Shown here: in pieces, positions 13,723 to 24,678 of the stretch | Layout: each line of letters opens with the position of its first letter | Position numbering within the stretch: position 1 is the stretch's first letter | Assembly: GCA_050252315.1 (NCBI GenBank) | Contig: JBFWLD010000002.1 | Span: forward strand, 1 to 32,686 | Direction of reading: 5' to 3' | DNA from: Bdellovibrionales bacterium | GTDB taxonomy: Bacteria > Pseudomonadota > Alphaproteobacteria > UBA9219 | Length of the DNA: 32,686 nucleotides | Notes under the pieces: generated by a model | The model's database searches: none | Seen by the model: only the letters and a program-made list of their open reading frames with translations | Told to the model about the DNA's origin: nothing | Made by a program: the position numbers and the translations under genes

Positions 13723-14679
13723 ATGAAAAAATTTAGCGAACTGAAAGAAAATGAAGTCTTGGCCCTCGCGATTTCTAGCGAAGAAGAAGACGCGCGCATC
13801 TACATGAACTTTGCAAACCGTTTGCGCGATGATTTTCCCGATACCGCTAAAATGTTCGACGAAATGGTCGAGGAAGAACAGCGTCACCGCAACAGGCTGC
13901 TCGATCTATATCGCGCCAAGTTCGGCGAACGCATGCCCTATATCACCCGTCAGGACGTTCGCGGTTTTATGAAACGCAGCCCGATTTGGTTACTTGAAAC
14001 GCTCCGTATTGACACGGTGCGCCAACAGGCCGAAATGATGGAGGTAGAGGCTTATAATTTTTACTCCAAGGCTGCCGAGCGATCACACGATGTCGATGTC
14101 CGCAAATTGCTTGGCGATCTAGCCTTGGAAGAAAGCGGCCATGCCGCCCGCGCCGAAGCCGCTGAACGCAAAGCCCTGCCCGCCGATAAACGAGAAAAAG
14201 AGGACGACCGTGCGCGCCGTCTTTTCCTGCTGCAAATCGTGCAGCCCGGACTTGCCGGACTGATCGACGGGTCCGTCTCCACCATGGCGCCGATTTTTGC
14301 CGCCGCCTTTGCCACCCATCAATCCCATGACGCTTTCCTTGTCGGTATGGCGGCCTCCATCGGATCGGGTATCAGCATGGGCATCACCGAGGCTATGTCT
14401 GACGACGGCGCGCTTTCCGGTCGCGGCCAGCCATGGGTGAGAGGCACGGCCTGTGGTCTTATGACCACAGCAGGCGGCTTGGGACACACCCTGCCCTATC
14501 TGATTTCCGATTTCTGGACCGCTACCGGCGTTGCTATCGTGCTCGTCATTCTTGAATTATGGGCAATTTGCTGGATCCGCTGGAAGTACATGGAGACGCC
14601 GTTCCACTCCGCCCTCGTTCAGGTCGTGCTCGGCGGCGCTTTGGTCATTCTGGCCGGTATTCTGATCGGGAATGGGTAA
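13723..14679 (+). CDS. mbfA: Erythrin-VIT1 fusion protein (membrane-bound ferritin-like iron exporter, MbfA type), 318 aa
   Basis: The N-terminal ferritin-like/rubrerythrin diiron motifs are present (SSEEEDARIY, EEEQRHRNRL, EVEAYNFY, EESGHA). They are fused to a C-terminal VIT1/CCC1 membrane domain (GLIDGSVSTMAPIF, GISMGITEAMSD). The SD is aaggaaaacacctATG. Confidence 0.85.
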   Translation: MKKFSELKENEVLALAISSEEEDARIYMNFANRLRDDFPDTAKMFDEMVEEEQRHRNRLLDLYRAKFGERMPYITRQDVRGFMKRSPIWLLETLRIDTVRQQAEMMEVEAYNFYSKAAERSHDVDVRKLLGDLALEESGHAARAEAAERKALPADKREKEDDRARRLFLLQIVQPGLAGLIDGSVSTMAPIFAAAFATHQSHDAFLVGMAASIGSGISMGITEAMSDDGALSGRGQPWVRGTACGLMTTAGGLGHTLPYLISDFWTATGVAIVLVILELWAICWIRWKYMETPFHSALVQVVLGGALVILAGILIGNG

Positions 14680-14684
14680 CGCCT

Positions 14685-14996
14685 ATGGTCGATTTTTATG
14701 ATCTGATAGGCCTTGCCGGGGTTTGTTTATCCATGGGCAACTATGCCCGTCTGCAATGGCAACGGGACTATGCCAAACGTATGGCCTTTTCGCTTGGCAA
14801 TTTCATGGGGTCTTGCTTTATCATTTTGTCCCTGCTCCACAAATGGAACCTGTCCGCCTTTGTCGTCAACGCCCTTGTCGCCTCAATCAGCGCCTATGGC
14901 GTTTACCGGTGCCTGAAATACAAAATCCGCGAACGGCAAACCGCTACCCTGCCCTTGAGGCAGACATCAAATCCTTCACAAAATCAGCAGGATTAG
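14685..14996 (+). CDS. Small membrane protein with three predicted TM helices, 103 aa
   Basis: The ATG at 14685 is 5 nt after the mbfA stop. Translation: MVDFYDLIGLAGVCLSMGNYARLQW...FSLGNFMGSCFIILSLLH...AFVVNALVASISAYGVY. The family was not identified with confidence. Confidence 0.55.
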   Translation: MVDFYDLIGLAGVCLSMGNYARLQWQRDYAKRMAFSLGNFMGSCFIILSLLHKWNLSAFVVNALVASISAYGVYRCLKYKIRERQTATLPLRQTSNPSQNQQD

Positions 14997-15257
14997 GGTT
15001 GGAGAAGCCAGTGCATCGGTGTATGCACGAGAAAACCAGCCTATACAGATAAGCGGCTAGAGCCTTTACCGAAAAGGTTGACGCCCTTTCTATTGCCAGA
15101 AAAGGCTCTACCTATTTGCTGCCGAGCAGATTCACGCGTTTAGGTTGTCGTCTAAGGACGCCAACCTAATCACGATCTGCTCTAGGTTCAGGCTATCGCT
15201 TTATAAAACGATCAAAGAATTGCGGATATTTTTTGGCGTTTCTGTAGCCTGCGTACG

Positions 15258-16244
15258 CTATTCAAGTCCAAGAAGGATGGCAACTTCGTCGTCAAGTTCC
15301 AACATATCCGTTTCCAAGATTCTGCGTTCGTGTTCACGACTACGGTCGCCGGGCAAGCGCACTTTTCTACTTCCATCAGCCATCTCTTGTGCCCTGACGA
15401 TGCGTAAAAGGTCACTGGCATTATGCTTGAACTCAGCCAGATCAACCAACAAGTTCGGGTTAAAAGCCAGAATGAAAAGCCCCCAATCCTTATCAAAGGT
15501 TTCAAAATCACACCATGTCGAACCTGAAAGAGGTCCCGCCATCATCTCCACAATCATGGCCAGGGCAGAGCCCTTGTATGATTTATCGAAAGGCAGGATA
15601 GCGCCATCCATAGCGGCAACAGGATCTGTGGTAACGTCACCGTTTTTATCAATGGCGACACCGTCTGGTATTTTTTGACCGCGCATCTTAGCCATCACCA
15701 ATTCATACCAAGTGATAGCTGATGTCGCCATATCAACTACGAAAGGCCCATCCTCTGTCGGGAAAGCTACGGCTAACGGGTTGGTGCCGAAAAGTGGCGT
15801 TTTAGCCCCAAAGGCGGCAATAGTACCCGGTGCGCGAGCCATAACGATGGCTATTGCATCATGTCGCGCGATTTTCTCGGCATAAAACCCTAACGCCCCC
15901 ACACTGCTAAAAATGCCGTTGGCTCCGACTATTCCTACTCCGCTTGAGGTGACTTTTTCAATCGCAACTTGAGTGGCTTTTTGCGCTATATAAAAGCTAG
16001 GCTGTCGGTTGCCCAATAGGCGGGCTGACAAAACCGATTGGTGCTGCACCTCAATCGGCATAACTGGTTTAATGTTTTGTAAAGGGGTTGTGCCAATCAG
16101 CTTCAATAAGCCTTGCCCATCAATGCCTCGTCGTTCGGCGTATAGCATCACTTCTGCACAGTTTTCTGCAGCCTCTGGTTCAAAGAACTGCTGCAAAAAT
16201 TCTGGCACGCGTTGCTCAAGCTTTTTATACGATACGACTTTCAT
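15258..16244 (-). CDS. Ldh_2-family (malate/L-lactate/sulfolactate dehydrogenase type 2) oxidoreductase, 328 aa
   Basis: The segments GIDGQGLLKL, LFGTNPLAVAFP, VVDMATSAITWYEL, PDGVAIDKNG and PFDKSYKGSALAMIVEMMAGPLSG are typical of Ldh_2 proteins. The SD is gggggtaaagaATG. Confidence 0.8.
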   Translation of the reverse strand: MKVVSYKKLEQRVPEFLQQFFEPEAAENCAEVMLYAERRGIDGQGLLKLIGTTPLQNIKPVMPIEVQHQSVLSARLLGNRQPSFYIAQKATQVAIEKVTSSGVGIVGANGIFSSVGALGFYAEKIARHDAIAIVMARAPGTIAAFGAKTPLFGTNPLAVAFPTEDGPFVVDMATSAITWYELVMAKMRGQKIPDGVAIDKNGDVTTDPVAAMDGAILPFDKSYKGSALAMIVEMMAGPLSGSTWCDFETFDKDWGLFILAFNPNLLVDLAEFKHNASDLLRIVRAQEMADGSRKVRLPGDRSREHERRILETDMLELDDEVAILLGLE

Positions 16245-16349
16245 TCTTTACCCCCAGCTATTTTCGCGCCCAAATTCCGATCTTTTCTGCATTATTCTAC
16301 CGCTACACGCCTCCCGCTGTCGATAAGCACACGGTAAACACGGATGTCT

Positions 16350-16379
16350 GGAAAAAGAAAAACGGGCCAAAGGCCCGTT
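16350..16379 (-). terminator. Rho-independent terminator downstream of the CAT-anticodon tRNA
   Basis: An 8-bp stem aacgggcc/ggcccgtt (16361-16368 / 16372-16379) has a 3-nt loop. On the minus strand it is followed by tttttctttttc. Confidence 0.7.
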
Positions 16380-16392
16380 CTTAAAGGATTTT

Positions 16393-16467
16393 TGGTAGCA
16401 GCGGAGGGATTTGAACCCCCGACCAAGGGATTATGATTCCCCTGCTCTACCGCTGAGCTACGCTGCC
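16393..16467 (-). tRNA. tRNA with CAT anticodon (elongator Met, or Ile2 if lysidine-modified)
   Basis: The reverse complement folds as a 75-nt cloverleaf. Acceptor GGCAGCG/CGCTGCT, then TA, D-arm GCTC-AGCGGTA-GAGC. Anticodon arm GGGGA-ATCATAA-TCCCT. T-arm GGGGG-TTCAAAT-CCCTC. Discriminator A and CCA. It lacks the C1xA72 mismatch of initiator tRNA. Confidence 0.88.
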
Positions 16468-16578
16468 ACCCTGCGGTCGTGTGAGAGTGGAGAGATACGC
16501 GAAAGAGCCCCCTTAAGTCAAGCTTTTATCGGCTAAAAGGGGGGCTTTGAACCCTTTTTTACCATACAGAAAAAAGGA

Positions 16579-17736
16579 TCAATCCTCGATAAAACGTAGA
16601 AAAGCCAGACCTTTTCTTTTCGGACGGACATTGAGCATAAACAGCCCGCTGATCGCTAGACCTAAAAGAGGATAGGTTACCGGTGCAAAAAAGCTGACGA
16701 TAATGGCTGCGGTATAAGCCGGAATTCGCCCATTGCAATACAGAAACTCTCTTGCGACGATCCCGGCGGACGAACGGCGCTTAAACCAGCGCCCCATTTC
16801 CATAGGGTTAAGCAATGCCATTCCGACAGACAAAACGGCAAGTCCCCATGACAGCACCCAGATATAAAAATGTCCGATGCCGACCAAGCACCAGCCGAGA
16901 AGCATACAAAAACCTCCGAGTTGTCCGGCCCTGAATCCACCTTTTTGGATAAGCCATCCGGCCAGAGGGGTGAGCGCCATACCAATAATCGGTCGCACCG
17001 ACATATTGATCCCTGCGCCAAGCGGCGAAATCCCGATAGCCCTCATCCAAATCGGCAGACCGCCTTCGACCATCACGTTAAACAATCCGGCAAAGACCGT
17101 AATACGCGTCGAAGGCTTGTTTTTCCCAATGAGCCTCCATGCGCGTTTGACAGGCTGTCGCGCGGTAATCGGAATATAAAGAAAAAAGGCTCCGACAATT
17201 CCCACAATGGAACTCATCGCAAGGGCCGTAAAATAAAAATCATACTGCAACGACAAGCCGCCAATAAAAAGGCCTGCAGAATAGAAAGCCATGGACATAT
17301 AGGAACTCAACGCTGTTTCATTCCCCTGATTATCAGTCGTGCGATTTTTAGCAAAGCGATAGGCATACAAAGTAAGAAAGGGGGAATAGGCAAAACTAAA
17401 CGCAAAGCCATTCAACCATGGCGAGGTACGATCCACAAAAAATAGGCTAACGGCGATTAACTGGATCGTCGCTAAAAGCCAGCGTGACTTATAACGCTCC
17501 AACAGCCAAAACGTGAATGGAACGCAGATACACCCCATAAAGACCATGCGAAAGGTCTGATAGATAACACTATCCAGCGCTCCCTGCCCTGCCAAGGAAA
17601 AGTTCAAAGCAAAGGACAACACGCCATAGCCCGTATAGGCTAGAATGCCCAAAATAAAAATTTTGGCGCGCGTGATGTTTTGCCAAGGACGCACAAAGGC
17701 GCGGTGCAAAAAAGGGGTGACCTTTGATCTGGGCAT
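16579..17736 (-). CDS. MFS-like polytopic transporter, 385 aa; paralogue of 12536-13711
   Basis: About 12 hydrophobic helices. The ATG at 17736 (MPRSKVTPFLHRAF...) is 13 nt after the mnmA stop. The longer track ORF would overlap mnmA. Confidence 0.7.
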   Translation of the reverse strand: MPRSKVTPFLHRAFVRPWQNITRAKIFILGILAYTGYGVLSFALNFSLAGQGALDSVIYQTFRMVFMGCICVPFTFWLLERYKSRWLLATIQLIAVSLFFVDRTSPWLNGFAFSFAYSPFLTLYAYRFAKNRTTDNQGNETALSSYMSMAFYSAGLFIGGLSLQYDFYFTALAMSSIVGIVGAFFLYIPITARQPVKRAWRLIGKNKPSTRITVFAGLFNVMVEGGLPIWMRAIGISPLGAGINMSVRPIIGMALTPLAGWLIQKGGFRAGQLGGFCMLLGWCLVGIGHFYIWVLSWGLAVLSVGMALLNPMEMGRWFKRRSSAGIVAREFLYCNGRIPAYTAAIIVSFFAPVTYPLLGLAISGLFMLNVRPKRKGLAFLRFIED

Positions 17737-17749
17737 TAAAACTCTTGTG

Positions 17750-20154
<2,405 letters not shown>

Positions 20155-20195
20155 TTAACCATACTTCCTTTTCATCCCTCCTCTCAGGTTAGCCT

Positions 20196-21881
20196 ATGTC
20201 CAATCCGCTATCAAATGTGAAAATCGGTTTTCGTATCAATATTCTGACCGTCTTACTGGCGCTTGGGATGATTCTTGTCTTAACGCTCAGTGCAACGTCG
20301 CTGAACAGTGTCCTTGTCCATGCCTATGGAAAACGGACCGAGTCGGCGATCGACATCGCCTATACGCTTCTGGCGGAATATCAGACCCGCGAAAAATCCG
20401 GGGAGCTAACCAGAGAGGATGCCAAGGCCCGTGCACTTAAAAGGCTCTCCAGCATCCGCTATGACGGCGACAATTATTATTGGGTGAACGATCTGAACGG
20501 CATCATGTTGATGCATCCGACTTCGACGAAGCTGAACGGTACGGATATTCGCTCAATCACCGATCCGGATGGAAAAAAGATTTTTTCCGATATGATCGAA
20601 CTGGCTAAAACCAAAGGCCAATCGGTTTACCACTATCAATGGCAGGACAAAGGGGTTCAGAAACCCAAGATTTCTTTCGTCAAAAAAATTCCAGAATGGG
20701 ATTGGATGGTTGGAACCGGCGTTTATGCCGATCAAATCCAACGCGATGTGACGAGTGAAGTTAAAGACCTTGGGTATATCGTCGCTATCTTACTGCTCGT
20801 CGGCATCATTATCGCCTATGCCATTGGTCGTAGCATCTCGAAACCCGTACAAAAAATCACCGACGTGATGAAGGAACTGGCTGAAGGCAATTTGAATGTC
20901 GTGATCGGTATGGAAGGACGCAAGGATGAAATCGGCGACATGGCGCGTACGGTTCAAATCTTCCAAGATAATGCCAAACAAATCGAAAAGCTCAAGGCCG
21001 AACAGGCCGAGGCCGAACGCCACGCCGCCGAAGAAAAGAAAAAGGCCATGAACACGCTTGCCGATGATTTTGAAAAAAGCGTCGGACACATTGTCAATGT
21101 GGTGGCCTCTGCCGCGACGCAGCTTCAAGCCAGTTCGAAAAACCTGTCCGAAATGTCGGATCAAACTAGCCGTCAGACCGCTACGGTTGCTGCGGCTACC
21201 GAAGAGGCCTCCAGCAGCATCCAGACCGTCGCGTCTGCCGCTGAGGAGCTTTCGGCCTCCATCAGCGAAATTAACCGCCAGATCGAGGATTCAACCCGCA
21301 TCGCCGCCAGCGCCGTCAGTGAAGTCAAAAAGACGGATGAAACCGTCTCCACGCTTTCCGAAGCCGCGACGCAGATCGGTGATGTCGTTAAGCTGATTCA
21401 GGATATTGCCGAACAAACCAACTTGCTTGCCCTGAACGCCACCATTGAGGCGGCGCGCGCGGGTGAAGCTGGGAAAGGTTTTGCCGTTGTGGCCAGCGAA
21501 GTCAAAAATCTGGCCAACCAAACCGGTCGAGCCACCGAAGAGATTTCGAGAAAAATCGTCACGGTGCAATCGGTTTCCAACGACTCCGTTGAAGCCATCC
21601 GGAATATCGGCGGCATCATTGAAAAAATTGACGAAAACACGAAAATCATTGCGGAAGCTCTGCGTCAGCAAGACGAGGCTACCCGTGAGATTTCGAATAA
21701 CGTTCAACAAGCCTCTTCGGGAACCAGCGAAATTTCCAGCAGCATCGTAAACGTTACGCATGCCGCCAAGGAATCCCAAGGCGCGTCAAACGAGGTTTTT
21801 GAGGCATCCAGTGAACTTTCGCGCTCCTCAGAAAGCCTTCGCCACGAAGTCGAAGGCTTTGTGAACAAAATTCGTCAGTAG
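20196..21881 (+). CDS. Methyl-accepting chemotaxis protein with a periplasmic single-Cache (sCache_2-like) sensor, 561 aa
   Basis: Two TM helices flank YDGDNYYWVNDLNGIMLMHPTSTKLNG...DPDGKKIF...WDWMVGTGVY (Cache signature). A HAMP domain follows. The MCP signalling hairpin is present ([35 protein letters not shown]). Confidence 0.88.
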   Translation: MSNPLSNVKIGFRINILTVLLALGMILVLTLSATSLNSVLVHAYGKRTESAIDIAYTLLAEYQTREKSGELTREDAKARALKRLSSIRYDGDNYYWVNDLNGIMLMHPTSTKLNGTDIRSITDPDGKKIFSDMIELAKTKGQSVYHYQWQDKGVQKPKISFVKKIPEWDWMVGTGVYADQIQRDVTSEVKDLGYIVAILLLVGIIIAYAIGRSISKPVQKITDVMKELAEGNLNVVIGMEGRKDEIGDMARTVQIFQDNAKQIEKLKAEQAEAERHAAEEKKKAMNTLADDFEKSVGHIVNVVASAATQLQASSKNLSEMSDQTSRQTATVAAATEEASSSIQTVASAAEELSASISEINRQIEDSTRIAASAVSEVKKTDETVSTLSEAATQIGDVVKLIQDIAEQTNLLALNATIEAARAGEAGKGFAVVASEVKNLANQTGRATEEISRKIVTVQSVSNDSVEAIRNIGGIIEKIDENTKIIAEALRQQDEATREISNNVQQASSGTSEISSSIVNVTHAAKESQGASNEVFEASSELSRSSESLRHEVEGFVNKIRQ

Positions 21882-21895
21882 GAAGAAAAGAAAGG

Positions 21896-23194
21896 TCAGG
21901 CTCCGCGCTTAGCGCGCAAGGTTGCCCAATAATCCAGCCTTTTTTTGACTTCACGTTCAAAACCGCGTTCGACCGGACGGTAATAGGATTCTCGGCGCAT
22001 ACCATCCGGGAAATAATTTTGGCCGGAAAAACCGTCCGGTGCGTCGTGGTCATACTGATAGCCTGCGCCATACCCCTCGTTGCGCATGAGTTTCGTCGGC
22101 GCATTCAAAATATGTTTAGGCGGCGCCAAAGAACCGTTCCGTACCGCCGAAGCGCGAGCCTGATTATACCCGACGTAAGACGCATTCGATTTTGGAGCCG
22201 TCGCCAGATAGATCAGAGCTTCGGCGAGCACGAGTTCGCCTTCCGGACTGCCCAGACGTTCATAGGATTCCCATGCCGCCAGCGTTAAAGGCATGGCCTG
22301 CGGATCGGCCAGACCGACATCCTCCGCAGCAAAACGCAACATCCTGCGCGCGATGTAACGCGGGTCTTCGCCCCCATCCAGCATACGCGCAAACCAATAA
22401 AGCGCCGCATCGCAATCAGAGCCGCGTAACGATTTATGCAACGCACTAATTAAATTGTAATGGCTTTCTTGGGCTTTGTCATAAAGCGGGACACGCTTTT
22501 GAACAAAGCTGGATAGGGCAGCGCTATCTAACGGTTCCTTGAGGTCGTTTTCCAGCAGGGATTCCGCCATCACCAAGGCATAGCGTCCATCCCCATCGGC
22601 CATAGCAATCAGAGAGTCTCGCGCCTCGGTCGTCAAAGGCAGGGTTTTCCCCAACAGCGCTTCGCTACGAGACAGGAGAGTCCCAATCGCTTCCTCATCC
22701 AACCGCTTAAGCACAAAAACTTGACAACGGGACAGCAAGGCGCTGTTCAACTGAAAGGACGGGTTTTCCGTTGTGGCACCGACAAGCGTTACCGTCCCGT
22801 CTTCCACATACGGGAGCAACACATCCTGTTGCGAGCGAGTGAACCGATGAATCTCATCCACAAACAGCAAGGTTCCCTGCCCGGTTTCGCGACGTTTGCG
22901 GGCCGCTTCAAAGACTTTGCGCAAATCGGCCACGCCGGACGCCACCGCTGAAACCGGATCGAAATAAAGTCCGACGCTTTGTGCCAGCAACCGGGCAATG
23001 GTCGTCTTGCCGCAGCCCGGCGGCCCCCATAACACCAACGAAGCCAAACGCCCATTACGCACCATGCGTCCGATCGGCGCGGCATCGTCCAACAAATGAG
23101 ACTGGCCGACCACATCGGCAAGCACCTGCGGTCGCATGCGGTCAGGTAACGGTCGCGTATCAGGTTGAGCAAATAAAGAGTCAGCGTTGGTCAT
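21896..23194 (-). CDS. rarA: Replication-associated recombination protein A (AAA+ ATPase RarA/MgsA), 432 aa
   Basis: Walker A (GPPGCGKTT) and Walker B (LFVDEIHRF) motifs are present. The MgsA C-terminal segments SALHKSLRGSD, ALYW, DPRYIARR, YLA.APKSN and YQYDHD are present. Confidence 0.9.
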   Translation of the reverse strand: MTNADSLFAQPDTRPLPDRMRPQVLADVVGQSHLLDDAAPIGRMVRNGRLASLVLWGPPGCGKTTIARLLAQSVGLYFDPVSAVASGVADLRKVFEAARKRRETGQGTLLFVDEIHRFTRSQQDVLLPYVEDGTVTLVGATTENPSFQLNSALLSRCQVFVLKRLDEEAIGTLLSRSEALLGKTLPLTTEARDSLIAMADGDGRYALVMAESLLENDLKEPLDSAALSSFVQKRVPLYDKAQESHYNLISALHKSLRGSDCDAALYWFARMLDGGEDPRYIARRMLRFAAEDVGLADPQAMPLTLAAWESYERLGSPEGELVLAEALIYLATAPKSNASYVGYNQARASAVRNGSLAPPKHILNAPTKLMRNEGYGAGYQYDHDAPDGFSGQNYFPDGMRRESYYRPVERGFEREVKKRLDYWATLRAKRGA

Positions 23195-23323
23195 AATGCA
23201 TACTACACCGTGCGTGACGAGACAGAAATGATAAATATAAAACCAAATTTCGTCTGTACAAGGAAGAGCTAATTAACCATAATTCTGGGATCAAGTTTCC
23301 CGGTTTTTTTTCGAGGAATCTCT

Positions 23324-24664
23324 ATGCCCCACGCTTCCCCCGACGCCTTGCGCGAACGTCTTGCTTTTATGCGAATCGACGAAAAGACAAGCGCCTACCT
23401 TCATGACTTTTGGCCCATCGTCGAAAAAAATCTTACCTCTGTGCTGGACGGGTTTTACGACCATGTGTCCGGCGTTCCTTCGCTTCGCGCGCTTTTGGGG
23501 TCCCAAATCCCCCGTCTGAAAACAGCGCAAAAGAAGCATTGGGAACGCTTATTTTCCGGCACGTTTGATGAACATTATTATGAAAGCGTCAATCGTATCG
23601 GTCTTATTCACAACAAAATCGGCTTAGAGCCGCGTTGGTATATCGGCGGGTACAATTACGTTCTGAGCTGCCTTACCGATCTTGCTACCAAGACCTATCG
23701 CTGGTCGCCGGAAAAATTGACTCGTACCATTCGCGCGGTTAATTGCGCTGTCATGATTGATATGGATATTGCCATTTCTACTTATCAGGAAGCTTTGCTC
23801 GAAGAACGGATGCGTCGCGGAAAAAAACTTGACGAACTCATGCTCGGTTTCGACGAACAAACCTCAGCGCTTGTGCAAACGGTAAAGAATTCCGCTTTTA
23901 ACCTGCAACAAACCGCTCTGGTTATGTCGGAAACAGCACAAGACACGATTTCTCAATCGGCAACCGTGGCCGCTGCTGCCGAAGAAGCCAGCGCCAACGT
24001 TCAGACCGTTGCTTCGGCAGCGGAGGAACTTTCGGCTTCAGTCTCTGAAATCTCACGACAGGTTGAAAGCTCCGCCAGCATCGCCAAAAAAGCTGTCGGC
24101 AATGCCAAACAAACGAGTCAAATCGTCGATAAGCTTGCCATAGGCGCACAAAAAATCGGCGACATTATCAAACTCATCAATGCGATCGCCGGACAGACCA
24201 ACTTGCTCGCGTTAAATGCCACCATCGAAGCGGCACGCGCAGGCGAAGCTGGAAAAGGGTTTGCTGTTGTTGCCAGCGAAGTCAAGAATCTGGCCAACCA
24301 AACCTCTAAAGCCACCGAGGAAATAGGCCAACAGGTCACGGAAATTCAAGCATCCACCCAAGAAGTCGTTAGCGCCATTCAAAATATCGGTGAAATCATC
24401 GGTGAAATTGATGATATTTCCGCCAATATTCTTGTCTCCGTCGAACAGCAAGGGGAAGCTACGCGTGAAATCGCACGCAATGTTCAAGAAGCGTCAACAG
24501 GAACGCGCGAGGTTACCGTGAACATTACTAGAGTTAGCCAGGGCGCAGAAAAGACCGGCAAGGCGGCGGATGATGTGTCCCACGCTGCGGAAACCCTTGA
24601 GAAAGAATCCCGTCATCTGAGCGACGAGGTTCAAAATTTCCTGTCCAGCGCCAAAGCGATTTAA
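23324..24664 (+). CDS. Globin-coupled sensor / soluble methyl-accepting chemotaxis protein (HemAT-like), 446 aa
   Basis: The N-terminal protoglobin/sensor-globin pattern is present ([15 protein letters not shown]...LDGFYDHV...[38 protein letters not shown]). There is no TM segment. The C-terminal MCP signalling domain is present. The SD is gaggaatctctATG. Confidence 0.82.
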   Translation: MPHASPDALRERLAFMRIDEKTSAYLHDFWPIVEKNLTSVLDGFYDHVSGVPSLRALLGSQIPRLKTAQKKHWERLFSGTFDEHYYESVNRIGLIHNKIGLEPRWYIGGYNYVLSCLTDLATKTYRWSPEKLTRTIRAVNCAVMIDMDIAISTYQEALLEERMRRGKKLDELMLGFDEQTSALVQTVKNSAFNLQQTALVMSETAQDTISQSATVAAAAEEASANVQTVASAAEELSASVSEISRQVESSASIAKKAVGNAKQTSQIVDKLAIGAQKIGDIIKLINAIAGQTNLLALNATIEAARAGEAGKGFAVVASEVKNLANQTSKATEEIGQQVTEIQASTQEVVSAIQNIGEIIGEIDDISANILVSVEQQGEATREIARNVQEASTGTREVTVNITRVSQGAEKTGKAADDVSHAAETLEKESRHLSDEVQNFLSSAKAI

Positions 24665-24678
24665 TAGAAAAGGCTCAT

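Noticed and set aside
16509-16552. A hairpin agccccctt/aagggggct downstream of the MFS gene as a terminator.
   Set aside because: The loop is about 24 nt and no T-run follows. The region also overlaps a possible tRNA promoter (TTGACT at 16521-16516, with a weak -10 TATCTC 18 nt away). Neither reading is strong enough to report.
21190-21530. Long near-identical nucleotide stretches shared with 23980-24310.
   Set aside because: These encode the conserved MCP signalling hairpin ([22 protein letters not shown] and [37 protein letters not shown]) of two paralogous chemoreceptors. This is domain conservation, not a repeat element or recent duplication.
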